This document shows, piece after piece, positions 1-9,432 of a DNA stretch of 64,000 nt. Origin of the DNA: an uncultured archaeon (GTDB lineage Archaea; Altiarchaeota; Altiarchaeia; JAFGQM01); the NCBI GenBank assembly GCA_964619365.1, contig CAZUDQ010000004.1, forward strand, positions 3,963 through 67,962, given 5' to 3'. Within the stretch, counting starts at the first letter, position 1. Every line of letters starts with the position of its first letter. Under the pieces are notes generated by a model. That model searched no databases and had not been told where the DNA came from. It saw only the letters and a list, made by a program, of their open reading frames with translations. Both the position numbers and the translations under genes were made by a program.

Positions 1-99
1 TTTGGTGTGATAATCGTTTCGACCTCAAGTGGTCTTATGACTCACTACGATGCTAAAAAAGGAAACTTAGGCGGCAGACTAATAGCCTACATATATTAA
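1..99 (+). CDS. rps8: 30S ribosomal protein uS8, C-terminal part (5' end outside window)
   Basis: Frame 1 reads [32 protein letters not shown], the typical uS8 C-terminus, and lies directly upstream of uL6. Confidence 0.93.
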   Translation, partial: FGVIIVSTSSGLMTHYDAKKGNLGGRLIAYIY

Positions 100-110
100 A
101 TATTAAAAAG

Positions 111-647
111 ATGTACTCACTTGAATTCGAGCTTCCCGATGGCGTGCAGGCCGAGGTAAATGGAACCGAACTCTTTGTTCGTGGAAACGGCAAGGAGAAC
201 CAGCGTAAATTTAAAGCAAAGCATGTCACCATTTCTGTTGAAGGGAATAAGGTCTCTGTCGCAACGACCTCCACTAAAAAGGGGGACAAGGCGATTGTCG
301 GGACAATACTTGGCCATATCAGGAATATGGCAATAGGTGTAAACGAAGGCTTTGAATACAAACTTAAGATGGTATATGCCCATTTCCCAATGACGATAAA
401 AGTTCAGGGTGGCAAAATTTCAGTCGAGAACTTCTTAGGTGAAAAGACAGCGCGCAAAATAAACGTTGTGCCTAATGTTGATGTGAAAATTTCGGGTCAG
501 GATATTACTATTACAGGATTCAATAAAGAGTCAGTTGGACTCTGTGCAAGTCAAGTAGAGCAATTATGTAAAACTAAAAAGCTTGACCGCAGAGTATTCC
601 AGGATGGAATCTACATAGTCGAGAAAAACGGCAAAAAACTTGTATAG
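111..647 (+). CDS. rpl6: 50S ribosomal protein uL6
   Basis: YAHFPMTIKV and DRRVFQDGIYI motifs; spc operon position. Confidence 0.97.
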   Translation: MYSLEFELPDGVQAEVNGTELFVRGNGKENQRKFKAKHVTISVEGNKVSVATTSTKKGDKAIVGTILGHIRNMAIGVNEGFEYKLKMVYAHFPMTIKVQGGKISVENFLGEKTARKINVVPNVDVKISGQDITITGFNKESVGLCASQVEQLCKTKKLDRRVFQDGIYIVEKNGKKLV

Positions 648-649
648 AA

Positions 650-1159
650 ATGGTTGAAGAGGATATTAAGCGGACTGAGAAGAAAGAGGTTTCAAAGAAG
701 CCTGAGGTTTCAAAGAAGCCTGAGGTTTCAAAGAAGCCTGAGGCAAAAGTAGCTAAGACCGCATACAAGATGCCACGCTCAACAGAGTCTTCAAAGAATG
801 CGCGTGAAAAGTCTCGTCTCGAAAAGAAGAAAGGTAAGTTCAAGCGTCAAAACGAGGGCAAAAAACTCCGTGTACCGCGGCGTTGGAGGACTCCAAGAGG
901 AATTGACTCAGGACACAGAATTGACGAAAAGTCAAAGCCCGCACATCCGCGTTCAGGTTATATGACACCAAAGGCTGTCAAAGGTCTTGATGTTACAGGA
1001 TACGAAACGATTAGAGTCTTTAATGTAGCGGAGTTAGAACCGATTAACACAAAGACTCAAGCCATAATCATAGCATCCTGTGTAGGAAAGAAGAAGAGGC
1101 TTGAAATCCAGAAACTTGCATTGGAAAAGGCAATACCAGTACTTAACTATAAAGAATGA
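650..1159 (+). CDS. rpl32e: 50S ribosomal protein eL32 with N-terminal repeat extension
   Basis: FKRQ..WRTPRGIDS..P..GY motif; operon position. Confidence 0.93.
   Translation: MVEEDIKRTEKKEVSKKPEVSKKPEVSKKPEAKVAKTAYKMPRSTESSKNAREKSRLEKKKGKFKRQNEGKKLRVPRRWRTPRGIDSGHRIDEKSKPAHPRSGYMTPKAVKGLDVTGYETIRVFNVAELEPINTKTQAIIIASCVGKKKRLEIQKLALEKAIPVLNYKE
686..739 (+). repeat. Three perfect 18-bp tandem repeats (GAGGTTTCAAAGAAGCCT, EVSKKP) in rpl32e
   Basis: Read directly at 686-703, 704-721 and 722-739. Confidence 0.95.
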
Positions 1160-1602
1160 GCAACTTAAGGAGTCAAAAGAGGATAGCATCAGAAGTGCTT
1201 GGTATCGGCAAAACTCGTGTTTGGATTAACCCTGGGGCAGCCGAAGAAGTTTCACAAGCAATGACGCGTGATGATGTTCGAGAGGCTGTAAACCAAGGTC
1301 TTATTCAAGAGAAGCCAAAGAAGGTACAGACTCGTGAGGGCGCAAAACGTCGCCTTGCTCTGAAGAAAAAGAGAAAAGGTATTGGCCAAGGAAAAAGGAA
1401 GGGTGGAAGTGGAAGCCGCCAGTCCAAAAAAGAACGTTGGATGAATCGCGTTCGCGCACAAAGAAAGCTCCTAAAGTCGCTTCGCGAGGGAGCGAAAATA
1501 GATGCTCACACTTATCGTATTTACTATTTGAGGGCAAAAGGAGGCAACTATTCCTCTTTAAAAAACTTAAAAGAGTCGATGAAGACAGATGGGGCATTAT
1601 AA
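1156..1602 (+). CDS. rpl19e: 50S ribosomal protein eL19
   Basis: NLRSQKRIASEVLGIGKTRVWINP, G.G.RKG, WMNRVRAQRKLL, Y..AKGG. Confidence 0.97.
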   Translation: MSNLRSQKRIASEVLGIGKTRVWINPGAAEEVSQAMTRDDVREAVNQGLIQEKPKKVQTREGAKRRLALKKKRKGIGQGKRKGGSGSRQSKKERWMNRVRAQRKLLKSLREGAKIDAHTYRIYYLRAKGGNYSSLKNLKESMKTDGAL

Positions 1603-1609
1603 TTAAAAG

Positions 1610-2113
1610 ATGGCAACAGGACCAAAATATTCCGTGAAGTTTAGAAGGGCGCGAGACGGCAAGACAAACTATAAGACACGCCTTGCGCTTCTTAAGTCAA
1701 GGACCCCCAGGATGGTTGTTAGGATTTTCAACAAAAACATAACCTGCCAGATTATCGAGCACAAAAAGGATGGCGATGTCATTCTTGCAAGTGTATGCTC
1801 AAAGGATATCGCAAAGCTTGGATGGACTAGTGGCGGTTCGAATATACCTGCAGGTTATCTTATAGGCTACCTTTGTGCCAAAATAGCAAAGAAAGCAAAA
1901 ATCAAGGAATGTATTCTTGACATGGGTCGCTATAATGCAGTAAAAGGCACAAAGCCTTTTGCAGTCCTTGCAGGCGCGATAGAAGGTGGTCTTACTATAC
2001 CTTATGATGAGAACATACTCCCAATACAAGAGCGTTTAATAGGTACGCACATCAATGAGAAAATACCCACTCAAGTTTCAGAAGTCAAAAAGGCAATTGA
2101 TTCCAAATTTTAA
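1610..2113 (+). CDS. rpl18: 50S ribosomal protein uL18
   Basis: MATGPKYSVKFRRARDGKTNYKTRLALLKS, RMVVR, YLIG. Confidence 0.97.
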   Translation: MATGPKYSVKFRRARDGKTNYKTRLALLKSRTPRMVVRIFNKNITCQIIEHKKDGDVILASVCSKDIAKLGWTSGGSNIPAGYLIGYLCAKIAKKAKIKECILDMGRYNAVKGTKPFAVLAGAIEGGLTIPYDENILPIQERLIGTHINEKIPTQVSEVKKAIDSKF

Positions 2114-2115
2114 AA

Positions 2116-3015
2116 ATGACAGCAGATCAGACTAAGGAAAACGTGGCAAAAGAGCCAGTCGCAGCAGAAGCAAAGGCTGCTGTTAATACTACACCATCTA
2201 CAACACCATCTACTACACCTTCTAATAACAATAAGCCTGGCGGAGGATATAGACCCGGCGGCAATAATAGATCTGGAGGCAGTCAACAGCGCGGGGGTTA
2301 CCAACAACGTGGAGGTGGCAGCCAAAAAGGAGGCTTCCGAAAGAAAACCGGCAACAGGCCACGGCGCAAGTTTGACGATGATGTAGACGTGATTTGGGTT
2401 CCAAAAACAAAAATTGGAAAACAAGTACTGGCTGGTGAGATAACGGATATTGATACTATCCTTGAAGCTGGAATCCCGATAATGGAGGTTGGCATAGTAA
2501 ACAAGCTCCTCCCTGAATTAAATGAAGAAGTGCTTGACGTCAGGCGCGTTCAGAGAACTCTTGACTCTGGTAGAAGAATGAGATTCTCAGTACTTGCAAC
2601 AGCAGGTGACAAGAATGGACACGTTGGTGTCGGTATCGCAAAAGGTGTTGAAGCAGGCCCAACAATAAAAAAGGCGATAAACCGAGCAAAGCTCAATATT
2701 ATTAAAGTAAAGCGATCATGTGCCTCATGGGAGTGTGGTTGCGGTAAAGAACACACAGTACCCTATAATATAACAGGGAAGATGGGTTCAGTCAAAGTAA
2801 CGCTTAAGCCCGCACCAAAAGGCGTGGGTCTTGTTGCTGGAGATAACTCCAAAAAAGTATTAGAGTTTGCGGGAATAAGTGATGTATGGACTTCATCAAA
2901 AGGTCACACAAGGACTGTTATCAATCAGGTTCTTGCAGTATACGACGCACTGAAATCCGCGACAAGTTACAAGGAAGAAGCTTCAGGAAAACTTAAGAAT
3001 AAATCCAAAGCATGA
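2116..3015 (+). CDS. rps5: 30S ribosomal protein uS5 with long low-complexity N-terminal extension
   Basis: WVPKTKIGKQV, VQRTLDSGRRMRF, GCGKEHTVPY, PAPKGVGLVAG. Confidence 0.97.
   Translation: MTADQTKENVAKEPVAAEAKAAVNTTPSTTPSTTPSNNNKPGGGYRPGGNNRSGGSQQRGGYQQRGGGSQKGGFRKKTGNRPRRKFDDDVDVIWVPKTKIGKQVLAGEITDIDTILEAGIPIMEVGIVNKLLPELNEEVLDVRRVQRTLDSGRRMRFSVLATAGDKNGHVGVGIAKGVEAGPTIKKAINRAKLNIIKVKRSCASWECGCGKEHTVPYNITGKMGSVKVTLKPAPKGVGLVAGDNSKKVLEFAGISDVWTSSKGHTRTVINQVLAVYDALKSATSYKEEASGKLKNKSKA
2188..2223 (+). repeat. Three 12-bp tandem units (TTPS x3) in the rps5 N-terminus
   Basis: ACTACACCATCT ACAACACCATCT ACTACACCTTCT. Confidence 0.85.
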
Positions 3016-3473
3016 TGGCAGAAAAAATCGCAATAGTTCGCGTACGTGGCGAATGTGATGTCAAGAAGGACATAAAAGATACCCTTAAAATGCTTGGTCT
3101 ACAAAAGATCAACTGGGCAACTATAATTGACCCGACTCCATGTAACATGGGGATGATTAATAAGGCTAAAGATTTCATAACCTGGGGTGAAATTGACGAA
3201 AAGACTCTTGGAGCCCTCATCGCAAAATGGGGTCGTAAAGGAAGTGACAAGAGACTTGAGTCAAAAGAGGCCGAAGAACTTACAAAAGCAATCCTTGCCG
3301 GAAAAAGTACACTTAAGGATGCGGGCGTAAAAAAAGTCTTTAGGTTACACCCACCAACAAAAGGGCACCCTGCAGCTGGCATAAAAGTTCACGTTAACAT
3401 TGGCGGTGCGCTAGGATACCGTGGAGCCAAGATAAATTCCCTTATCCAGAAGATGGGCGGGATAAAAGAGTAA
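3012..3473 (+). CDS. rpl30: 50S ribosomal protein uL30
   Basis: IAIVRVRG, DTLKMLGL, FRLHPP.KG, LGYRG.KINSLI.KM. Confidence 0.96.
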   Translation: MMAEKIAIVRVRGECDVKKDIKDTLKMLGLQKINWATIIDPTPCNMGMINKAKDFITWGEIDEKTLGALIAKWGRKGSDKRLESKEAEELTKAILAGKSTLKDAGVKKVFRLHPPTKGHPAAGIKVHVNIGGALGYRGAKINSLIQKMGGIKE

Positions 3474-3494
3474 ATATTAATAATCATAATAAAG

Positions 3495-3947
3495 ATGGCA
3501 CAAAAAAACCGCAAGATTCACACGAAGCGTGGAACGAGAAGCTGCGGATATGGATGCGCGCAAAAGCACCGTGGTGCAGGTTCAAGGGGTGGTCGCGGAA
3601 ACGCAGGAACTAGCAAGCACCATCAAATAAAGGCACGCCTAGACGGCAAAGTCTTTGGAAAACACGGATTCAAACGTCATCTAAGCTTAATAAAAAAGGC
3701 TAATTACATAAACCTCTCAGAACTCAGTAAAAAGATTGAATCCTGGGTTGAAGCTGGATCCGCCAAAAAAATCGTCGGAGGCTTTAGTGTAGACCTTGGC
3801 GTCTTAGGATACGACAAGCTTCTGGGCGCAGGTAAAGTCACATTAAAACTTGAGGTAACAGTTGTCTCCTCTTCTGCAAAAGCAATAGAGAAGATAACTG
3901 CAGCCGGAGGAAAAGTAATTACCGGAGATGACGTCGATTCTGTATAA
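3495..3947 (+). CDS. rpl15: 50S ribosomal protein uL15
   Basis: RGTRSCGYG..KHRGAGSRGGRGNAG, KLLGAG, AIEKITAAGG. Confidence 0.96.
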   Translation: MAQKNRKIHTKRGTRSCGYGCAQKHRGAGSRGGRGNAGTSKHHQIKARLDGKVFGKHGFKRHLSLIKKANYINLSELSKKIESWVEAGSAKKIVGGFSVDLGVLGYDKLLGAGKVTLKLEVTVVSSSAKAIEKITAAGGKVITGDDVDSV

Positions 3948-5289
3948 GTTTGAGCCTCTCTACAGGCACTTTCCAGAGATAAAGCCTCCTTCGAGGCACA
4001 TTACACTTAAAGAGAAGTTTATCTGGGTTGGCATTGCTCTTGTGTTATTCTTACTTATGGGGCAGATAACGCCTGTTGGCGCCGTTCAGGCCTCTGAAAG
4101 CAGTCTTGGTGTCTTACAGGTTGTTTTCGCATCAAACTTAGGTACTTTAATGTCTGTTGGTATCGGACCAATAGTTACAGCCTCAATCATACTTCAGCTT
4201 CTTGTTGGAGCAAAATTAATTAATCTAGATCTTCAAAACCACGAAGATCGTGGCGTTTTCCAGGGAACCCAAAAACTTCTTGTTGTAATAATCGCTATTT
4301 TCGAAGCATACGCATTTACAAGTGTTGGTGCAATACCAATCAGCGAACCTGGCAATATGACCCTAATAGTCATGGTCACATTACAGATAGCATTCGCTTC
4401 AATAATACTAATGTTCCTAGACGAGGTTGTCTCAAAGTGGGGCATAGGAAGCGGTATCGGGCTTTTCATCGCAGCAGGAGTATCTGTTGTAATAATCAAC
4501 GGCGCGTTTTCACCTCTTGGTGATGGCACAGGCGGATTTATCGGAGACATACCAAACTTCTTTGCGCAACTGGCACAAGGCACTTTGGATCTTGTCCTCT
4601 TGTGGCCCATAGTTATGACTGCACTCGTATTCCTGGTAGTCGTATATTTTGAGTCCCTAAAAATCGAGATACCCCTTTCTTATGGCCGATTTGGGATAGG
4701 GGCGAGGTACCCCTTAAAATTCTTTTATACCTCCAATATACCAGTTATCCTAGCCTCAGCCGTACTCGCAAATGTTGTAATATTTGCAGGACTATTTGGG
4801 CTTACAGTCAATGGTCAGATAGAGCAAGGAACCATACCATATTATGTAACGGCAAATAATCTTCACGGAATACTGTCTCCTGCAAACATAGAGAGGCTAT
4901 TTACGGCTCAGGAAATAATGCACTTGATAATCTACACAATACTTTTCATAGGGTTGTGTGTACTGTTTGGCGTATTTTGGGTCGGAATGCAAGGTATGGA
5001 TCCAGATACTGTCTCGGAACAGATGGTGGGGTCTGGATTGCAAATACCCGGGTTTAGAGCGGATAAACGGGTCATAAAACGAGTACTTGAGCGGTATATC
5101 CCGCAATTGACTGTCGTTTCGGCAGTTTTTGTAGGGCTTCTTGCAGTTAGTGCAGATTTAACCGGAGCGCTTGGAAGCGGGACAGGAATCTTACTTACCG
5201 TGGGTATCTTATACAGGATGTATGAGGATGTCAAAAAGGAGCAGTTAAATGAGCTTTCGCCCGCATTAAGGAAGTTTATCGGCGGTTAA
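3928..5289 (+). CDS. secY: Preprotein translocase subunit SecY
   Basis: Multi-TM protein; GIGPIVTASII, KWGIGSGIGLFI, YPLKFFYTSNIP, GSGTGILLTV. Confidence 0.98.
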   Translation: MTSILYKFEPLYRHFPEIKPPSRHITLKEKFIWVGIALVLFLLMGQITPVGAVQASESSLGVLQVVFASNLGTLMSVGIGPIVTASIILQLLVGAKLINLDLQNHEDRGVFQGTQKLLVVIIAIFEAYAFTSVGAIPISEPGNMTLIVMVTLQIAFASIILMFLDEVVSKWGIGSGIGLFIAAGVSVVIINGAFSPLGDGTGGFIGDIPNFFAQLAQGTLDLVLLWPIVMTALVFLVVVYFESLKIEIPLSYGRFGIGARYPLKFFYTSNIPVILASAVLANVVIFAGLFGLTVNGQIEQGTIPYYVTANNLHGILSPANIERLFTAQEIMHLIIYTILFIGLCVLFGVFWVGMQGMDPDTVSEQMVGSGLQIPGFRADKRVIKRVLERYIPQLTVVSAVFVGLLAVSADLTGALGSGTGILLTVGILYRMYEDVKKEQLNELSPALRKFIGG

Positions 5290-5336
5290 GCTCTCCTTTT
5301 ATTCAATTGATTTTCACTAATAATAAAATATACAAA

Positions 5337-5891
5337 ATGCTTTGTGTAGTGTTGGGAATACCTGGTGTCGGAAAAACGACAGTGCTTAATGCCGCGGCCC
5401 AAAAAGCCGAGATGAAGAGGCTTAATTTTGGAAACTACATGTTTGAGGTTGCAAGCGAGAAGAATCTTGTTACAGACCGCGACGACATGAGAAAGCTTCC
5501 AAGGAAAGACCAGAGAATGCTTCAGGAGGCAGCAGCAGAGAAAATAAATGCAGACTCCCGCGAGGGTAACTGCATCCTTGATACTCATGCTTCAATCAAA
5601 ACACCAAAAGGCTACATGCCAGGGCTCCCAGAAGCCGTCTTAAGAAAGCTTGGACCTGACGCATTTGTCCTTGTTGAATGCGATGCAAGCGATATATTTA
5701 ATCGCAGAAACCGCGACGCGACGCGCGTTCGTGACGGGGACACTATGGAGGCAATCACGGAGCATCAGATGATAAACCGATGTTTTGCAGCAACATACGC
5801 AGAACTTACAAATTCAACGCTTCTTATTGTTAAAAACGAGGAAGGAAAAGTCGAGGCGTCAGGCGAGAAAATCTCAAAAGTCTTTGACTAA
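5337..5891 (+). CDS. adkA: Archaeal adenylate kinase (start moved to ATG 5337)
   Basis: GIPGVGKTT P-loop, DRDDMRKL, DTHASIKTPKGYMPGLP. Confidence 0.95.
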   Translation: MLCVVLGIPGVGKTTVLNAAAQKAEMKRLNFGNYMFEVASEKNLVTDRDDMRKLPRKDQRMLQEAAAEKINADSREGNCILDTHASIKTPKGYMPGLPEAVLRKLGPDAFVLVECDASDIFNRRNRDATRVRDGDTMEAITEHQMINRCFAATYAELTNSTLLIVKNEEGKVEASGEKISKVFD

Positions 5892-5937
5892 TTCCTGATT
5901 ATAAATTATTTTAATAGACTCTTAAGTAATCAAAACG

Positions 5938-6780
5938 ATGATTTGGGAAATTTTAATACCCTTGCTGGTTGTAGGCCTTCAATTTATAACAGTAGCTTTA
6001 GAGCTTCTAATGAAGGATCGCAATGTTGCAAAGGAACTTGAGTTTACAATCATCAGAAAGCAAAGGAAGATAAAAGAGCTTCAGAAGGCAAAAGATACAG
6101 ATGCCATGATGGCGGCAAACAAGGAGCTCATGTCCCTTATGGGCAAGAAGATGAAGCTTCAGCAAAAGACTATGCTTATATCTTTTCCGCTCTTTTTGTT
6201 CCTGTTCTTTTTTGTTTTATATCCTGTTCTCAACGTAGCGCCACTCACCGCAGGAGAATTTAATCCAGTTGGTGTCTATGTAAAGAATTTAGACGCAGGC
6301 GGCAGAACCTTGCTGGCCACACTTGACGGCGAATCCGAAGTCATGGTAAATGGCAGTTCAACACAGGATCTAGAGCTTTCACCAACAGGAGTATCTGGGG
6401 ATAATAAAGAGCTTTGGTGGGGAATAAGTTCTAGTGTCGGCGATAGGCAATACACTATTGTTTTTACAGATGGGGCAACTAATGATTCCCAGACATATAA
6501 CGTTCACTTCTCAGAAAAAGGTGCGCTTACCCCCGATTTTTCACCCGATAGTTCAGAAAAGAAGACACTTTCTGAAAGCCTCAATGTAAAGCCACTTTAC
6601 AAAGGTGTTGAGATAACGCTTTTTGGCATGACAATAGGATGGTTCATATACTATTTTGCATTTTACCTCGTTTTAAGCATAGCCATGTCCCCCATTAAAA
6701 ATCGCATAATATGGGGTCATCACAAGGGTGTAAAACACCTTGAGAAGATGGCATCAAAGAAAAAGAAGGAAGAAAAGTAG
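5938..6780 (+). CDS. DUF106 (EMC3/TMCO1-like) membrane protein with an internal soluble insertion
   Basis: Conserved position between adk and rpl34e; TM, coiled coil, TM layout with terminal GWFIYY helix. Confidence 0.75.
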   Translation: MIWEILIPLLVVGLQFITVALELLMKDRNVAKELEFTIIRKQRKIKELQKAKDTDAMMAANKELMSLMGKKMKLQQKTMLISFPLFLFLFFFVLYPVLNVAPLTAGEFNPVGVYVKNLDAGGRTLLATLDGESEVMVNGSSTQDLELSPTGVSGDNKELWWGISSSVGDRQYTIVFTDGATNDSQTYNVHFSEKGALTPDFSPDSSEKKTLSESLNVKPLYKGVEITLFGMTIGWFIYYFAFYLVLSIAMSPIKNRIIWGHHKGVKHLEKMASKKKKEEK

Positions 6781-6815
6781 CTTTTAAACTAAAAGAGTCA
6801 AATATCGCCGCAAAA

Positions 6816-7211
6816 ATGAAGCAGAACAAAAGCAAGAAAGGAACACGAACTGTCCAGAGGCGCACGCGCGCTGGCAACACAGTCTCACATTCCTCAAAAC
6901 AGAAGCCAAGCGCAGCCAAGTGCGGACGCTGCAGTGCTAAACTTTCAGGTATCGCAAGAGACGTCCCAAGCAAGCTAAAGAAACTCCCCTCTACAAAAAG
7001 AACTGTAAAGAGAGAATTTGGCGGTGTCCTTTGCCCCAAGTGTGTAAAGGAAATCGAAGTATACCGCACTCGCGTTGAGGACGGTTGCGAGATAAAGCGT
7101 GATCTTACGATTGAAAAATTCCTCCCGAAAGGCTGGTATGCATCAATCGATGTAAAAACGCCGGAAACAAAGGAAAAGAAATCCTCGGCTAAAAAAGAGG
7201 CCAAGGAATAA
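6816..7211 (+). CDS. rpl34e: 50S ribosomal protein eL34
   Basis: RRT..G, AKCGRCSAKLSG, KR...FGGVLCPKC. Confidence 0.92.
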   Translation: MKQNKSKKGTRTVQRRTRAGNTVSHSSKQKPSAAKCGRCSAKLSGIARDVPSKLKKLPSTKRTVKREFGGVLCPKCVKEIEVYRTRVEDGCEIKRDLTIEKFLPKGWYASIDVKTPETKEKKSSAKKEAKE

Positions 7212-7251
7212 GCATCCTCTCAAGTTCCTTTGTCCCCACTTACTGATAAAG

Positions 7252-7773
7252 ATGATTATCACAGTCGGCGGAGATATCGGAAGCGGTAAAAGCACTCTTG
7301 CACGCTCTTTAGCAGGAGAACTAAGGCTCGAATATAATTCTGTCGGAGAAATCCTAAGGAAGATGGCCGACTCAAGAGGCATATCTCTTCTTGAAATGAG
7401 CAATTTGGCAGAAAAAGACGAGAAAATAGACCGCGAGCTTGACTGCCGCCAAAAAGAAATAGCAAAAAAAGGAAATTGCGTTATTGATTCGCGTCTTGGA
7501 GCATATTTCATCCCCGCGGATTTTAAGATATGGCTTTCAGTATCTCCCGAAATCCGTCCAAAGCGTGTTGCAGAACGTGATGGCGTTTCAGAAGATGAGG
7601 CAAAAAACAAGATAATTGCCAGGCGCAAAAGTGAAAACGGCAGGTATGCAGACATATATGGCATAAAACTTGAGGATACCTCAGTATACGACCTTGTACT
7701 TGATACAGATAATCTCTCAAAAGAAGAAGTCTTAAAAGAGACTCTTATCGCATTAGGTAAAAAAGGTATGTAA
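7252..7773 (+). CDS. cmk: Cytidylate kinase
   Basis: IITVGGDIGSGKST, IDRELD, VIDSRL, YDLVLDT. Confidence 0.93.
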   Translation: MIITVGGDIGSGKSTLARSLAGELRLEYNSVGEILRKMADSRGISLLEMSNLAEKDEKIDRELDCRQKEIAKKGNCVIDSRLGAYFIPADFKIWLSVSPEIRPKRVAERDGVSEDEAKNKIIARRKSENGRYADIYGIKLEDTSVYDLVLDTDNLSKEEVLKETLIALGKKGM

Positions 7774-7834
7774 GGTCATCGGACGAGTTTTTATAACATC
7801 ACTCTCAAAATAAGCAAGAACGCCCAAAGAAAGA

Positions 7835-8302
7835 ATGGTTGCAATTGAAATAGGCAGAGTGTGCAGGAAGCTTCAGGGAAGGGAAGCAGGTAGGCACTGT
7901 GTGGTAATTGAAGAAGTAACAGAAGGTTACGTCGAGATAACTGGGCCAAGGGAGCTCACAAATGTTCGCAGGAGAAAGTGTAATATTCTCCACATTGAGC
8001 CGACATCAACAGTAATTGAGATTAAGAAAGGCGCATCAGACGCAGAAGTACTTAAAGCCCTTGAGGCAGTAGGCATTTCTGAGAAAATCGCCGTTAAAAA
8101 AGAGCGCCCAACTCCTAAAGTGGAGTCCAAGGGTAAAGAATCAGCTCCAAAGGCAAAGAAAAAAGAATCAGCTCCAAAGGTAAAGAAAAAAGAATCAGAG
8201 CCTAAGGTAAAGAAAAAAGAATCAGAGCCTAAGGTAAAGAAAAAAGAATCAGCTCCAAAGGCAAAGAAAAAAGAATCGAAGCCTAAGGTGAAAAAGGACT
8301 AA
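7835..8302 (+). CDS. rpl14e: 50S ribosomal protein eL14 with C-terminal repeat tail
   Basis: AIEIGRVCRKLQGREAGRHCVVI, VRRRKCNILHIEPT. Confidence 0.95.
   Translation: MVAIEIGRVCRKLQGREAGRHCVVIEEVTEGYVEITGPRELTNVRRRKCNILHIEPTSTVIEIKKGASDAEVLKALEAVGISEKIAVKKERPTPKVESKGKESAPKAKKKESAPKVKKKESEPKVKKKESEPKVKKKESAPKAKKKESKPKVKKD
8135..8296 (+). repeat. Six 27-bp tandem repeats (KES[A/E/K]PK[A/V]KK) in the rpl14e tail
   Basis: Units such as AAAGAATCAGCTCCAAAGGCAAAGAAA read directly; two variants each occur twice. Confidence 0.95.
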
Positions 8303-8403
8303 AGTCCTTTAGTTTTAAGTCAAAGACAAAAGTCATTGGCAACTCTTTTCTCTTATAGATTTCTAATATCTCTTAAATAGGTTTAACTTTTGTATTTTTT
8401 CCA

Positions 8404-9432
8404 ATGGCAAATAATGTCTCTTGTCCCCCAAAGAAAACTTCTAAGGAAGTCCTTATGCGAAGCGAAGGGGAAACAGATCCGGCTTACGGATGTTCACCCG
8501 ATAAACGCCCAGTAGAAGAACTTTTGTCAAAAGGAGTGATAAATCTCGATAAGCCAAGAGGTCCAAGTTCCCACCAGGTTTCTTCATGGGTAAAATCCAT
8601 GCTAGGGCAAAAAACCGGCCATGGCGGAACTCTTGATCCTGCAGTATCCGGCTCTCTTCCGGTCTTTTTAGGCTCTGCAACACGCCTTGCAGATATGATG
8701 CTTCTTTCAACAAAAGAATACGTCTGTTTGATGCGACTTCATAAACATGTCAATGAAAAAGAGATTCGCAATGTATTCTCACTGCTCCAGGGGAATTTAT
8801 GGCAAAAGCCGCCTTTAAAGTGCGCTGTTAAGCGTGAATTAAGGCAAAGAAACGTATATTCGGTTGAGATTCTTGAGATAATGAACAATGACGTCCTTTT
8901 TAAGATTTCATGCCAGGCAGGAACATACATAAGAAAATATTGTAATGATTTCGGCTTTATAACAGGAACTGGCGCACATATGCAGGAGCTAAGGAGAGTG
9001 AAAAGCGGGCCGTTTAAGGAAGACACAAATTTAGTAACCCTCCAAGACATAAAGGATGCCTACGTCTTTTGGAAAGACGGCGGGGAAGACAAGTTCATAA
9101 AGCGATGCATACTGCCAATGGAATATGCTGCTGCAGATATACCAAAGATTTGGATACGCGACTCTGCAGTTGATGCGCTTTGCCACGGCTCAGACTTGGC
9201 CGCACCAGGCGTTGTTAAACTCAATAAATTTGGCGTAGAAAAAACAGTTGCCATACTGTCCTTAAAAGACGAGCTTGTGGCAATCGGGCAATCACTTGAG
9301 GCAACAGAAGATATCGTGCGCCTAAAAAACGGACTTGTAGTTAAGACAAGTAAGGTGTTTATGGAACCAGGCACTTATCCTAAATTATGGAAAAAAGAAG
9401 AGAGCGAGACTGAAGCGCAAAATGGAGAATGA
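8404..9432 (+). CDS. cbf5: H/ACA RNA-guided pseudouridine synthase Cbf5 (TruB family)
   Basis: DKPRGPSSHQV, GHGGTLDP, TKEYV, AGTYIR, HMQELRR, C-terminal PUA domain. Confidence 0.96.
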   Translation: MANNVSCPPKKTSKEVLMRSEGETDPAYGCSPDKRPVEELLSKGVINLDKPRGPSSHQVSSWVKSMLGQKTGHGGTLDPAVSGSLPVFLGSATRLADMMLLSTKEYVCLMRLHKHVNEKEIRNVFSLLQGNLWQKPPLKCAVKRELRQRNVYSVEILEIMNNDVLFKISCQAGTYIRKYCNDFGFITGTGAHMQELRRVKSGPFKEDTNLVTLQDIKDAYVFWKDGGEDKFIKRCILPMEYAAADIPKIWIRDSAVDALCHGSDLAAPGVVKLNKFGVEKTVAILSLKDELVAIGQSLEATEDIVRLKNGLVVKTSKVFMEPGTYPKLWKKEESETEAQNGE

